From positions 704,001 through 768,000 of the forward strand of contig CAVPCR010000001.1 of NCBI GenBank assembly GCA_963702435.1: 64,000 nucleotides of DNA. The letters are read 5' to 3'. Of the stretch, positions 19,963-30,099 are shown in pieces (positions within the stretch are counted from its first letter, which is position 1; each line of letters starts with the position of its first letter). The translations under genes and the position numbers were made by a program. The notes below the pieces were generated by a model. The model saw only the letters and a list, made by a program, of their open reading frames with translations. It made no database searches and was not told the origin of the DNA. The DNA comes from Candidatus Eiseniibacteriota bacterium (GTDB lineage: Bacteria; Eisenbacteria; RBG-16-71-46; CAVPCR01).

Positions 19963-20898
19963 ATGACGACGACCGCCGCCGCTCATAGCATCGAGATCCC
20001 GCTCGCGCCGCCGGCCGGATTCCGCCTCGATCCGACCGTGCGCGGCCACGGCTGGTACGATCTGCCGCCGTTCGCGCGCGCCGCCGACGGCACGCTCACC
20101 TTCCTGCACACGCACCGGTCCGCAACCGGCGCCGAGGAGGTGTTCGCGGCGCACGTGCGCGAGGAAGCTCCGGGCGCGCTCGCGCTCGCCGTGGAGACCG
20201 CGGGCGAGCCCCGGCCGGAGTTCCTCGCGGCGGCGACCGCGGTCGCGAGCGAGGTCCTCGGTTTCGCCGAGGACCTTGCCCCCTTCTACGCCCTGACCGA
20301 TCGAGACCCGCGTCTCGGCTGGGTGCGCGCGGCCGGCGCCGGCCGGCTCCTCCGCGCGCCCACCGTGTTCGAGGACCTGACCAAGCTCCTCTGCACGACG
20401 AACTGCACGTGGTCGGCGACACGGCGCATGGTCGGCGCGCTCGTGGACCACCTCGGAGCGCCGGGACCGAACGGCGGCCGCGCCTTTCCGACGCCCGCGC
20501 GCATGGCCGCGGAGCCCGAGTCCTTCTACCGGGATGTGGTCCGCGCCGGCTATCGAGCCCGCGCGCTCCGCGAGCTCGCCGCGCAGGCGGCCCGCGAGCC
20601 GGACGCGCTCGAGCGGCTCCGCCGCGTGGACTGGCCGAGCGCCCATCTCCGCCGCGCGCTCCTCGCGCTCCACGGCATCGGCCCCTACGCCGCCGAGCAG
20701 ATGCTCCGTCTCCTCGGGCGCTACGACTTTCTCGCCCTCGACAGCTGGTGCCTGGCCGCGTTCGTGCGCTTGCACGGCCGGCGGCGGCCGCCGACCCGGC
20801 GCGCGATCGAGCGCGCCTACGCTCCCTTCGGCGCCTACCGCGGGCTTGCCATGTGGCTCGACCTGACGAGCGACTGGAGCTGCCACCGGGGGCAGTGA
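19963..20898 (+). CDS. HhH-GPD DNA glycosylase (AlkA/Ogg1-like)
   Basis: FEDLTKLLCTTNC, FPTP, GYRA, LLALHGIGPYAA, LALDSW. Confidence 0.88.
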   Translation: MTTTAAAHSIEIPLAPPAGFRLDPTVRGHGWYDLPPFARAADGTLTFLHTHRSATGAEEVFAAHVREEAPGALALAVETAGEPRPEFLAAATAVASEVLGFAEDLAPFYALTDRDPRLGWVRAAGAGRLLRAPTVFEDLTKLLCTTNCTWSATRRMVGALVDHLGAPGPNGGRAFPTPARMAAEPESFYRDVVRAGYRARALRELAAQAAREPDALERLRRVDWPSAHLRRALLALHGIGPYAAEQMLRLLGRYDFLALDSWCLAAFVRLHGRRRPPTRRAIERAYAPFGAYRGLAMWLDLTSDWSCHRGQ

Positions 20899-20935
20899 GC
20901 GCGCCGCGGCGGGGCAGCGCTCGGCCGCGCGACCT

Positions 20936-22166
20936 TCAGGGCCCCGCCAGGAGGCGCAGGAGCTCGTCCGTCCGCACGCGGGCGAGTCCGACTTCCCCTC
21001 CCTGGGTCACGTTCCGATCGTAGATCCCGTTGAACCACAGGTAGACGTGATCGCCGCGCTCGAGCGCGTTCATCCCGTAGACCATGGCGTCGTCCCAGGT
21101 TCCGTCGCGCGACGGCGCGAGAACGTTCTGGCGCCCGGCGGGATCGAAGGCGAAGCCGTCGGGCGAGTGGACGGCATGCATCTCGTACTCGTCGGCGCGC
21201 GTGGGCGCGCTCGCGAAGAGGATCGCGCTCCCGTCCGCGCGCAGGAGGACGTCCGCGGTGTAGATCCCGGCCTGCCCCGGGCTGGCGGCGAGCTCGTAGA
21301 TCGGGTTGTCGGGATACTTGACCCAGTGGATGCCGTCGGCCGAGAGGGCGAGGCCGACCGCGAAGAGCCCGTCCGCGTCGCGGGCGCCGCAGTAGTACAT
21401 GCGATAGCCGTCGCCGGCGCGGACGACGCACGGATCGACAACCTGCGCCCCGTCCCAGTCACCGCGCAGTCCGACCGCGAGCACCCGCCCGTGCCGCCGC
21501 CAGTCGCGCCCGTTCGGCGACGTGGCGTAGCCGAACCCGTCGTAGAGATCGCCGCGCTTCCCCGCATACCACATGCGGAAGCGCTCGTCCGGCGGCGCTT
21601 GCGGATCGACGATCACGCTCGGGAAAGGCGATGGTCGTCGAGTCCCACGCCGCAGTCGTCGTGTCGGGCGTGAAGACGACGCCGAGCTTGGTCCAGTTGA
21701 TGCCGTCGGGGGCCACCGCGGCCGCGATCTCCCAGCGATGGTGCGCGCCGTACGCCGAGTAGAAGAGCCAGAAGAGCCCGCGCGAGGTGACGACACTCGG
21801 GTACTCGGCATGGCCCGCGTCGAGGCTTCCCTTCTTGCCGAGGAGGAGCACCGGATTGTGCGGGAACTTCTCGCAGAGGCTCGTCGAGGCCATGAGGTTC
21901 GGCTGCTCCCACGGCCGCGGCCCGCCGTCCTTGCCTTTTCTCTGCTGCAGATCCGCCGCCGTGCGCGGTTCCGGCGGGCGCGCCGCGGCCTCGCGCCAGG
22001 CTTCCGCGATCGGGTCCGGACGCGGCGGCACCGCGATCGCGTAGGGATCGCCGGCGACGGCGGGGGCGACGACGGCCACGGCGAGGGTGAAGCCGGCGAG
22101 GCCGGCGCTCGGAAAACACGCCGCCAGGCGTTCAAGGATGGATGGCGCGCGCAACATCGGCGGCAT
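20936..22166 (-). pseudogene. Secreted beta-propeller glycosidase-like protein (GH32/43/130-like) split by a 1-nt frameshift
   Basis: Repeats NPVL...YPSVV...WLFY...DGINWTK, RMWYAG...SPNGRDW, MYYCG...SADGIHWVKYPDNPI; the frame switches at TIAFP|SVIVD (about 21625). Confidence 0.75.
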
Positions 22167-22302
22167 TCTCGCATATCACGGCGCCGCGCCGGAACGGGGC
22201 GCCGCGGCCCCGCGCGGGCGGCGCGATGCGTCGGCTCGACCGCATGCACGGAAGTTGCTATGATCTCCGGCCCGACCCATCTCGGAACGGAGGTAACGAC
22301 CG

Positions 22303-23904
22303 ATGTCCGCAGCACCAGTCAAGGGCGCCGTGGCGGAAGCGCCCGCCGGCGCCGCCGGCCACGGCGAGTTCAAGAACGAGCCGCTCACCGACTTCTCGAG
22401 GCCCGAGCACCGCGAGCGGCAGCGCGAGGCGATCGCCAGGGTCCGCACCCAGCTCGGCCGCACCTACGATCTCGTGATCGGCGGGAAACGGGAGCAGGGG
22501 CCGAAGACCTTCACCTCGACCAACCCGTCCAAACCCGACGAGGTCCTCGGCATCTTCCAGCGCGCGAGCCGCGAGCAGGCCGTCGCCGCGATCGCCGCGG
22601 CCGACCGGGCCTTCGCAACCTGGAGCCGGAAGCCGGCCCGCGAGCGCTCGGACCTCCTCTTCCGCGCCGCCGCGCTCATGCGCGCCCGCCGCTTCGAGCT
22701 CAACGCGTGGATGATCCTCGAGGTCGGGAAGAACTACGGCGAGGCCGACGGCGACACCGCCGAGGCCATCGACTTCCTCGAGTTCTATGCCCGCGAGAAT
22801 CTGCGCTACTCCGCAGAGCAGCCGCTGACCCGCCTCCCCGGCGAGAAGAACGAGCTCGTCTACATCCCGCTCGGGGTCGGCGCCGTGATCCCGCCCTGGA
22901 ACTTCCCGCTCGCGATCCTGGCCGGGATGACGACCGCGGCCGCCGTCGCCGGCAACACGGTCGTGCTCAAGCCGGCGAGCGATTCACCGGCGATCGCGGC
23001 GCAGTTCTTCGCCATCCTCGAGGAGGCGGGGCTGCCGGCCGGTGTCGTCAACTTCCTGACCGGCTCGGGCGCCGAGGTCGGCGACACGATCGTCGAGCAC
23101 CCGCGCACCCGCTTCGTGTGCTTCACCGGCTCGAAGGAGGTCGGGCTCCGCATCAACACGCTCGCCGCGAAGACCCCGCCCGGGCAGATCTGGATCAAGC
23201 GGGTGGTGGCCGAGATGGGCGGCAAGGACTCGATCATCGTGGACGAGGAGGGCGACCTCGACTCGGCGGTGGCCGGGGTGGTCGCCGCCGCCTTCGGCTA
23301 CCAGGGCCAGAAGTGCTCGGCCTGCTCGCGCGCGATCGTCGCCGCTCCGCTCTACGACGAGTTCGTCGCGAAGGTGAAGGCCAGGGTCGAGGCGCTCAGG
23401 ATGGGCGACCCGGCCGAGCCCGACACCGACATGGGTCCGGTCGTGAGCGCGGGCGCGAAAGAGAAGATCATGGAGTACATCGCCGCTGGCAAGCAGGAAG
23501 GACGCCTCCTCGCGGGCGGCGAGGACCCGAAGCGCCCCGGCCACTTCATCCCACCGACCGTCTTCGCCGACGTGGCGCCCAAGGCCCGGATCTCGCTCGA
23601 GGAGATCTTCGGCCCGGTCCTCGCCATCTTGAAGGCCCGCGACTTCGACGATGCGCTCGCCATCGCCAACAACACCGAGTACGGTCTCACCGGCGCCATC
23701 TACTCGCGGAACCGGGAGAAGATCGAGCGCGCGAAGCGCGAGTTCCACGTCGGGAACCTGTACGTCAACCGGAAGTGCACGGGGGCGATGGTCGGCGCGC
23801 ATCCCTTCGGCGGCTTCAACATGTCGGGCACCGACTCGAAGGCGGGCGGGCGCGACTACCTGCTCCTGTTCCTGCAGGCGAAGGCGATGTCGGAAGCCAT
23901 GTAG
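22303..23904 (+). CDS. pruA: 1-pyrroline-5-carboxylate (L-glutamate gamma-semialdehyde) dehydrogenase
   Basis: FKNEP, EAIDFLEFY, PPWNFP, FTGS, AEMGGK, GYQGQKCSACSR, EEIFGP, PFGGFNMSGTDSKAGG (RocA type). Confidence 0.95.
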   Translation: MSAAPVKGAVAEAPAGAAGHGEFKNEPLTDFSRPEHRERQREAIARVRTQLGRTYDLVIGGKREQGPKTFTSTNPSKPDEVLGIFQRASREQAVAAIAAADRAFATWSRKPARERSDLLFRAAALMRARRFELNAWMILEVGKNYGEADGDTAEAIDFLEFYARENLRYSAEQPLTRLPGEKNELVYIPLGVGAVIPPWNFPLAILAGMTTAAAVAGNTVVLKPASDSPAIAAQFFAILEEAGLPAGVVNFLTGSGAEVGDTIVEHPRTRFVCFTGSKEVGLRINTLAAKTPPGQIWIKRVVAEMGGKDSIIVDEEGDLDSAVAGVVAAAFGYQGQKCSACSRAIVAAPLYDEFVAKVKARVEALRMGDPAEPDTDMGPVVSAGAKEKIMEYIAAGKQEGRLLAGGEDPKRPGHFIPPTVFADVAPKARISLEEIFGPVLAILKARDFDDALAIANNTEYGLTGAIYSRNREKIERAKREFHVGNLYVNRKCTGAMVGAHPFGGFNMSGTDSKAGGRDYLLLFLQAKAMSEAM

Positions 23905-23968
23905 ACGCGACAGGGCGGAAGCGAAAGACGAGCGCCGGTGGCCGCGAGGCGGCTGCCGGCGTTCGTCG

Positions 23969-25564
23969 TCAGCGGCCCTTCTTGGCCTCGTCGATGAAGC
24001 GGAGCCGGCCGCGGATCACGTTCCCGAGCAGCGTGAGGCCGGACTCGATCTCCCGCGCCTGCTCGAAGCGCTGCTTGGCCTCGCCGTACTCCTTCGCCGC
24101 GAGGGCGATCTCGCCGAGGCGGAGGCAGCTCATGAGGCGCGTCGATTCGAAGCCCGTGTCGTTCGTGGCATCGGCGATCGCGCGGTAGCCCGCGCGGGCT
24201 TCGGCGATCTCGCCGAGCTCCCGGTGGACCTCCGCGTCGAGGTAGCTGACCCGCGGGTCCTCGCCGAACTCCCGGCGCACCTCGACCACTCGCCGGCGCG
24301 CCGCTTCGGCATCCGGCGTGCGCCCGTAGAGATCTTGCCGCACCGCGGCCAGGGCGCGAAAGAGGTCCTGCTGGCGGCGGCTCGTCCGCACGTCGCGGTA
24401 GGGACGCGCCTGCGCGTGGTAACGGCTCCACCGGTCCTCGTCGAGCACGCGCGCCGCGTAGCGGTGGGCGGCGTCCGCATCTCCCATGCTAGACTCCAGG
24501 TTGGCGAGCCCGATCAGCGCGCGCGGCATGAGCCAGAAGGGATCGGACGGCGCCGCCTCGACGATCCGCTCGAGATCGCGGCGCGCGGCCTCGTGCTCCC
24601 CCACTTGATTCGAGAGACGGGCCCGGAACCAGAGAATCCGGTAGCAATAGAGATCATCGTAGCCGCGCACGCGCGTCCGCCAACCGTCGACGACACGCGT
24701 CTGCGCGTCGATCGCCGCCTGGCTCTTCTCGGGGTAGATGAACGCCGTCGAGCCGAGGAGCTCGACGAGGCGCGGGCTGTACGGGTACTTGGCGGCCAGG
24801 TCCTCGAAGGCGGCGACCGACTCGTTGATCTGTCCCTCGAAGAGGTAGTTGATGACGGTCAGCACGACCTTCGAGTCGAGCGCGGTGTAGGTGTCGGTCG
24901 CGGCCGCGCCGCGCGCGAGAAGGCGCAATCCCTCGCTCTTGTTACCGCTGGGAATGCGGGCGAAGAACTTCACGAACTTGACGATCGACGGCAGGATATC
25001 GGCGAAGTAGAGATAACCGCCGACGATGACGCCGGCATCGGGATCCTCGCCGTGCTCCTCCCGGTAGTGGTCGAGATCCCCCTTCCCCTTCCGGCTCTCG
25101 CTGCCAGCGGCCCAGATCTGGCCGGCGATCGCGTGGTTCTGCGCCTTCATCATGTGCGCCCAGCCGCGGTAGAGCGTGCCGGCCGGGTCCTTGGGACGAA
25201 GGGAGAGGATCGAGTCGCAGCGGGCGATCGCGCGATCGAGCGGCGCGTTCAGCGCGGGGATCAGGCGCACCGCCCGGCTCTCCTCGTTCAGATCGTCGGG
25301 GTAGTTCTCGCGGAGCACGCGATAGCGGAAGAGCTCGACGCGCGGATCAGTGGGCGCGAGCGCCGCCGCGGCGTCGACGGCCGCCTGCGCCGAATCGATC
25401 TGCCCGTCGTAGATGAGCTCGACGCTCCGGCGGATGAGAAGGCTGACCTCCGCCTCGAGCCGCGGATCGGCGTGGACCGGGTAGGCGGCGCGGGCCGCCG
25501 GGACCGCCAGGAGTACGCCGGCGACGAAGAGGAGAGCGACCCGGAACCGGGCGGCAGGCAGCAT
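23969..25564 (-). CDS. Secreted TPR-repeat protein
   Basis: Signal peptide ending AARA, multiple TPR-like helical repeats. Confidence 0.75.
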   Translation of the reverse strand: MLPAARFRVALLFVAGVLLAVPAARAAYPVHADPRLEAEVSLLIRRSVELIYDGQIDSAQAAVDAAAALAPTDPRVELFRYRVLRENYPDDLNEESRAVRLIPALNAPLDRAIARCDSILSLRPKDPAGTLYRGWAHMMKAQNHAIAGQIWAAGSESRKGKGDLDHYREEHGEDPDAGVIVGGYLYFADILPSIVKFVKFFARIPSGNKSEGLRLLARGAAATDTYTALDSKVVLTVINYLFEGQINESVAAFEDLAAKYPYSPRLVELLGSTAFIYPEKSQAAIDAQTRVVDGWRTRVRGYDDLYCYRILWFRARLSNQVGEHEAARRDLERIVEAAPSDPFWLMPRALIGLANLESSMGDADAAHRYAARVLDEDRWSRYHAQARPYRDVRTSRRQQDLFRALAAVRQDLYGRTPDAEAARRRVVEVRREFGEDPRVSYLDAEVHRELGEIAEARAGYRAIADATNDTGFESTRLMSCLRLGEIALAAKEYGEAKQRFEQAREIESGLTLLGNVIRGRLRFIDEAKKGR

Positions 25565-25730
25565 CCGGCGATCCACGCGCGCTCGACGGCGGCGCACTCC
25601 ATCTCCCTCGCTCAACGCACCCCCTGTGCTAGACTCCATCGCTCTCCCGGTTCTCTGTGGCGAGCGCGATCTTGCCGCAAAGAGACGCCGATCGCAATCG
25701 GACCGCGCGGTGCGACCCGCAGAACCCGAC

Positions 25731-26903
25731 ATGACCCAGCCGAGCAAGACGCACTCCGCCTCCCGCCCGCCGGCCGCCTCCGGAGCGGATCCCGATGTCC
25801 TGGTCATCGGCGGCGGCGTCATTGGTGCCGCCGTCGCCTTCGCCCTCGCCGGCCGCGGCGCGCGCGTCACCGTGCTCGAGCGCGGCTCGGCCGGGCACGA
25901 GACCTCGGCGGTCGCCGCCGGCATGCTGTCGCCGCAGGCCGAAGCCGAGGGCCCGAGCCCTTTCCTCGACTTCGGCCTCGCCTGCCGCGCCCGCTACGGC
26001 GACTGGGTGCGCGAGGTGAGCGCCGCGGCGGCGATGCCGATCGACTACCGGCCGACGGCGGTCCTCAACCTGGCTCTCACCGCGGAGCGCGTGACCGAGC
26101 TCACGGCGCGGCGCGACTGGCAGCGCCCCATGGGTCTCGAGGCCGAGTGGCTCTCGGGCGAGGAGGCCCGCCGGCGCGAACCGATCCTCGCCGCAGGTCT
26201 CCCCGGTGCGCTCCTCCTGCCCGCGGAGGCGTGGGTGGACGCGGCATCGCTCTCCGCCGCTCTCGTCGCGGCCGCCGGGCGGCGCGGCGTACGCTTCGAG
26301 GAGCCGGTCGCCGTGACCGCCCTCGACGTGAACGGGGGCCGCGTGACCGGAGTCCGCGCGGGAGAGAGGCGCTTCAGAGCGGGCGCCGTCGTCCTCGCCG
26401 CCGGGGCCTGGTCGAGCCGGATCGCCGGCGTGCCGATCCCGGAGGACTGGATCACCCCGCGCCGCGGCCAGGTCATGATCCTCCGCCGGGGGGGACCCGC
26501 GCTCCGCCACATCCTCTACACGCACGGGGCTTACGTCGTTCCGCGAGCCGGGGACGAGATCATCGTGGGCACGACGGTCGAGGAAGCGGGGTACGAGCGG
26601 GTGGCGACGGCAGGCGGCCTCCGCTCGATCGTGGCGGCGGTGGCCCGCTACGCGCCCGCGATCGAGGAGGCCCCCGTGGTGAGCGTCGCGGCCGGGCTCC
26701 GCCCGCATTCGCGGGACGGCCTGCCGCTCCTCGGTCCGCTCGCGCGACTCCCCGGGCTCGTGTTCGCAACCGGGCACTTCCGCAACGGGATCCTCCTCGC
26801 GCCGCTCTCGGGCGAGCTCGTGGCGGAGGCGATCGCGAGCGGGCGGACGCCGGACGCGCTCGCCCCCTTCCTGCCGGATCGGGTGCCGGATCTGGCGAGG
26901 TGA
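25731..26903 (+). CDS. thiO: Glycine oxidase ThiO-like FAD oxidoreductase
   Basis: VIGGGVIG, SAVAAGML, AAGAWS, PRRGQ, AGLRP, ATGHFRNGILLAP. Confidence 0.88.
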   Translation: MTQPSKTHSASRPPAASGADPDVLVIGGGVIGAAVAFALAGRGARVTVLERGSAGHETSAVAAGMLSPQAEAEGPSPFLDFGLACRARYGDWVREVSAAAAMPIDYRPTAVLNLALTAERVTELTARRDWQRPMGLEAEWLSGEEARRREPILAAGLPGALLLPAEAWVDAASLSAALVAAAGRRGVRFEEPVAVTALDVNGGRVTGVRAGERRFRAGAVVLAAGAWSSRIAGVPIPEDWITPRRGQVMILRRGGPALRHILYTHGAYVVPRAGDEIIVGTTVEEAGYERVATAGGLRSIVAAVARYAPAIEEAPVVSVAAGLRPHSRDGLPLLGPLARLPGLVFATGHFRNGILLAPLSGELVAEAIASGRTPDALAPFLPDRVPDLAR

Positions 26904-26908
26904 TACCG

Positions 26909-27217
26909 ATGGCGGTCTATGCGGAGACCCTGCAACTCAAGGTGCCGCTCGACCAGCGGCGGCACTATCTCGCCGGCATGGAGAAGCTCCGGCAGCTGTT
27001 GGCCGCCGAGCAGGGCATCGCGCGCTTCCTCGTGCTCGAGGATCGCGAGAAGCTCGGGCTGTTCGTCGAGATCATCGAGTATGCAAGCCCCGAGGCGCAG
27101 GCGGCCCTCGCCGCCGATGCATCCTTCCGCGAGCGCCTGGCCGCGATCGATCGCGAGATCGAGTCCCTGCTCGCGGGAGAGAAGCGCGCGCGGCGCGTGG
27201 TGGTCGACCGGCTGTGA
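26909..27217 (+). CDS. Small dimeric alpha-beta barrel (ABM-like) hypothetical protein
   Basis: MAVYAETLQLKVP...FLVLED....FVEIIEYAS; tightly coupled between thiO and the DMT gene. Confidence 0.65.
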   Translation: MAVYAETLQLKVPLDQRRHYLAGMEKLRQLLAAEQGIARFLVLEDREKLGLFVEIIEYASPEAQAALAADASFRERLAAIDREIESLLAGEKRARRVVVDRL

Positions 27218-28149
27218 GCGGACCGCCGCCCTCCCAGTCGCTCTCACGTTCGCACTCGCCGTCGCCCGCGTCCTTGCACTTGCCCCCGCACCCCCTTGCC
27301 CATCGCGCCGAGATCATCCTCGTCCTCGCCACCGCGACCTGGGGCCTCACCTTCCCGCTCATCAAGAACGCGCTCGCCGACGCGACACCGATGAGCTTCA
27401 TCGCGCTCCGCTTCACGCTCGCCGCGCTCCTTCTCCTCCCCTTCCTCCGCGGGCCGCTCCGCGTGCCCGATCGCCGCGCCGCGCGCGACGGCATCCTCCT
27501 CGGCGTCCTCTTCGCGGTCGGCTGGACCTTCCAGACCTTCGGCCTCGCGCACACGACCGCCAGCAAGTCGGCGTTCCTGACCGGCACCTGCGTCCTCCTC
27601 GTGCCGGCCCTGTCGTGGCTCCTCGAGGGCGAGCGGCCGCCGCTCGCCTCGGTCGCGGGCGCGCTCCTGGCGGTCCTCGGCATCGGGCTCCTCACCCGAC
27701 CCGAGGACATGCGCATGAACCTGGGTGATGTCCTCACCCTCGGCTGCGCTGTCGTCTTCGGGCTCGAGATCGTGGCGCTGCAGGTGTTCTCGCGGCGGCA
27801 CGGGCCGTGGGGGCTCATGTGGCCCGCGATCGCGACGACCGCGCTCCTCGCAGCGCTCGCCACGCCGTTCGAGGGGCCGCGCGTCGAGTGGACGCCGCGC
27901 CTCGGCGTCGCGCTCGCGTTCACCGGCATCGTCGCCACCGCGATCGCGCTCGTTCTCCACATGCGCTGGCAGAGGGAGACGACCGCGGTGCGCGCGGCCG
28001 TCATCTACTCCCTCGAGCCGGTCTTCGCGCTCCTCTTCGCCGCGGCGCTCTTCGGCGAGCGGATGCCGCCCTTGAGCCTCGCGGGCGGCGCCGCGATCGT
28101 CGGCGGCGTCCTCGTCTCGGAGCTCGGGAAGGTCGCGCCCGCCGGCTGA
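27214..28149 (+). CDS. DMT/EamA family transporter
   Basis: TWGLTFPLIK, LRF, QTFGLAHTTASKSAFLT, GDVLTL, YSLEPVFA. Confidence 0.92.
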   Translation: MSGPPPSQSLSRSHSPSPASLHLPPHPLAHRAEIILVLATATWGLTFPLIKNALADATPMSFIALRFTLAALLLLPFLRGPLRVPDRRAARDGILLGVLFAVGWTFQTFGLAHTTASKSAFLTGTCVLLVPALSWLLEGERPPLASVAGALLAVLGIGLLTRPEDMRMNLGDVLTLGCAVVFGLEIVALQVFSRRHGPWGLMWPAIATTALLAALATPFEGPRVEWTPRLGVALAFTGIVATAIALVLHMRWQRETTAVRAAVIYSLEPVFALLFAAALFGERMPPLSLAGGAAIVGGVLVSELGKVAPAG

Positions 28150-28174
28150 GAGCAGGCGATCTGCGGCGCGCGCG

Positions 28175-28600
28175 CTACCGGCGTTCGGCCGCCTCGAGGT
28201 GCCGCGGCGCGTGGAACATGAGGAGGCACGCGCTCATCATGATGAACGGCACCATGAGCTGCACCTGGCGCGTGAGGAGATAGAGGACGAGCCCGTAGAC
28301 GGCGACCGCCTCGGAGAGCGCCCAGGTGAGGACGAAGCCGTGCGTCAGACGCTGGGCGCCGGCCTCCGACTCGGGATCGAGGGTCCCGTTCTGGAGCGGC
28401 TGGATGACGATCGCGCGCCGGAGGAGAAGGGAAGCGACCGACGTCAGGACCGCGACCACGCCGAGCAACGTGAAGAGCACGCCGAAATCGGTGGTCTCAT
28501 AGGTCATCGGCGGCGCCGGCATGAAGAGCGGGATCGAGAGATAGACGAGGAGCGACACGGCCATCGCGGCCCAGATCGCCCAGCGGCTCTGCTGCACCAT
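28175..28600 (-). CDS. Hypothetical 4-TM membrane protein
   Basis: Hydrophobic helices, WALSEAVAVYGLV. Confidence 0.7.
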   Translation of the reverse strand: MVQQSRWAIWAAMAVSLLVYLSIPLFMPAPPMTYETTDFGVLFTLLGVVAVLTSVASLLLRRAIVIQPLQNGTLDPESEAGAQRLTHGFVLTWALSEAVAVYGLVLYLLTRQVQLMVPFIMMSACLLMFHAPRHLEAAERR

Positions 28601-28804
28601 GCTGATCCTCCGCGTTGCGGCGGCGGCGGGGCACGCGACCCGTTGGACGCGGTCCGCCTCCGCACCGGTCGGTGATCGAGGCGCTCCCCGGTGATCGAGG
28701 AACGCCGCCATGGTTATCGGCAGCAGCAGCCGGGCCCGTGAACTCCGCACCGACCGGGCGCGGCCCGGCGCTCGCGCCTCGCCCTGTCTCCCGGTGATAC
28801 GGCG

Positions 28805-29431
28805 TCACGGAGCGGGTGAGTTCGCCCGCTCCGGGCGCAGGCTCGCGAGGAGGATCGCCGCCACGGCATCCAGGTGCTCGGGCTGGCCCATCCCGCGGGA
28901 CACCAGCATGGCGCCCTCCAGGGAGCTGACGAGGAAAGCCGCCACCGACTCGGGCGAGCCGGCGAACTTGAGGTCGCCGCGCGTCCGCCCCGCAGTGAGG
29001 AGACGCGCCAACCACGCCTCGTTCTCCGTGAAGAACTCCGCTACGCCCTCCCGCATGGGCGCGGGCAGGGTGGCGACATCGGCAGCCAGCATTCCGCACA
29101 TGCACATGCGTTTCTTGCGCAGCACGGACCGGTAGAGGTCGACATAGCGCGCGAGCTGCTCGCCGGCATCGTCCGCGGACTCGATGGCGTCGAGCGCGGC
29201 GTGAAAGTGCCGCCGATAGCGATCGATGAGCGCCACGCCGAGGTCCGCCTTGGTGGCGAAGTGGTGATGCAGGCTGGCCTTCTGGATGCCGAGAGCCTGG
29301 GACACGTCGGCATAGCTGAAGGCATTGAAGCCGCGCACCTGGACCAGGCGTTCGGCGACGTCGAGAATCCGGTCGACCGTTCCCACTTGGCGTCTGGCAC
29401 CCACTGCTCTGCTCCCCGCTGCTCTGCCCAC
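28805..29431 (-). CDS. TetR/AcrR (NemR/AcuR-like) regulator
   Basis: RILDVAERLVQVRGFNAFSYADVS..LGIQKASLHHHFATKADL, CMCGML; two in-frame GTG starts (29431, 29404). Confidence 0.93.
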   Translation of the reverse strand: MGRAAGSRAVGARRQVGTVDRILDVAERLVQVRGFNAFSYADVSQALGIQKASLHHHFATKADLGVALIDRYRRHFHAALDAIESADDAGEQLARYVDLYRSVLRKKRMCMCGMLAADVATLPAPMREGVAEFFTENEAWLARLLTAGRTRGDLKFAGSPESVAAFLVSSLEGAMLVSRGMGQPEHLDAVAAILLASLRPERANSPAP

Positions 29432-29504
29432 TGCTCTGCTCCCCGGACCGATGGGTTCGCTTCGCCGGCCGCACCCGCCCCCAACGGCCGGCCGGTCGAC
29501 TCGC

Positions 29505-29534
29505 TTGCATTACCTACCTACTAGATGGTAGGCT
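29505..29534 (+). promoter_or_regulatory. Sigma70 promoter with an embedded TetR-type palindromic operator
   Basis: TTGCAT-18-TAGGCT; CCTACC-TACTAGAT-GGTAGG dyad at 29513-29532 between divergent tetR and cupin genes. Confidence 0.7.
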
Positions 29535-29595
29535 ATGGCCAGGACAGGGACAAGGAAAACAGTCCCGCAATCCCCGCAACCCGACAGGAGGAGCT

Positions 29596-30042
29596 ATGAC
29601 AGAGCGTCGTTTTGTTCTCGTCATCCTGGCCGCGCTCACCCTCGCCGTGACGTTCTCGCCGACCCCGGCCGCCGCGGCGGCGACGTTCACTCCGATGTCC
29701 GATCTCAAGTGGTCCGCGGCTGCGATCCCGGGCGTGTCGACCGCGGTCGTCGAGGGCGACATGACCAAGGGCCCGAGCCACTTCTACTTGAAGTATGACC
29801 CCGGTCTCGTGACGCCCGTCCATCACCATTCGCCGGACCACTATGTGACGGTCGTGTCTGGCACGCTCGTGCTCACCGTGGACGGCAAGGAGCACCGTCT
29901 GGGGCCGGGTTCGTTCTTCGCGCTCACGGGCAAGGCGAAGCACGCGGCCCGCGTCGAGGGCAAGGATCCCGCCGTGATGTTCATCGCCGCGCGGGGCGCC
30001 TGGGACGTCGTGCCGGAATCGGCGGCGGCGGACAAGGAATAG
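29596..30042 (+). CDS. Secreted cupin-domain protein (DUF4437-like)
   Basis: Signal peptide, PVHHHSPDHYVTVVSG, LGPGSFF..TG..KH; AGGAGG RBS. Confidence 0.85.
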   Translation: MTERRFVLVILAALTLAVTFSPTPAAAAATFTPMSDLKWSAAAIPGVSTAVVEGDMTKGPSHFYLKYDPGLVTPVHHHSPDHYVTVVSGTLVLTVDGKEHRLGPGSFFALTGKAKHAARVEGKDPAVMFIAARGAWDVVPESAAADKE

Positions 30043-30099
30043 AAAACAGCGTGCGGCCGGGGGCGACGACCCGGCGCCCCCCGGCCGCGCCTGACCTGG

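Noticed and set aside
23651..27217. 1188-aa ORF and other long overlapping or antisense ORFs (for example 538-2310, 21573-24188, 42850-45123)
   Set aside because: Shadow frames of real genes caused by stop-codon scarcity at high GC; Arg/Pro/Ala-rich with no motifs. Only the last 102 aa of this ORF are treated as a real gene
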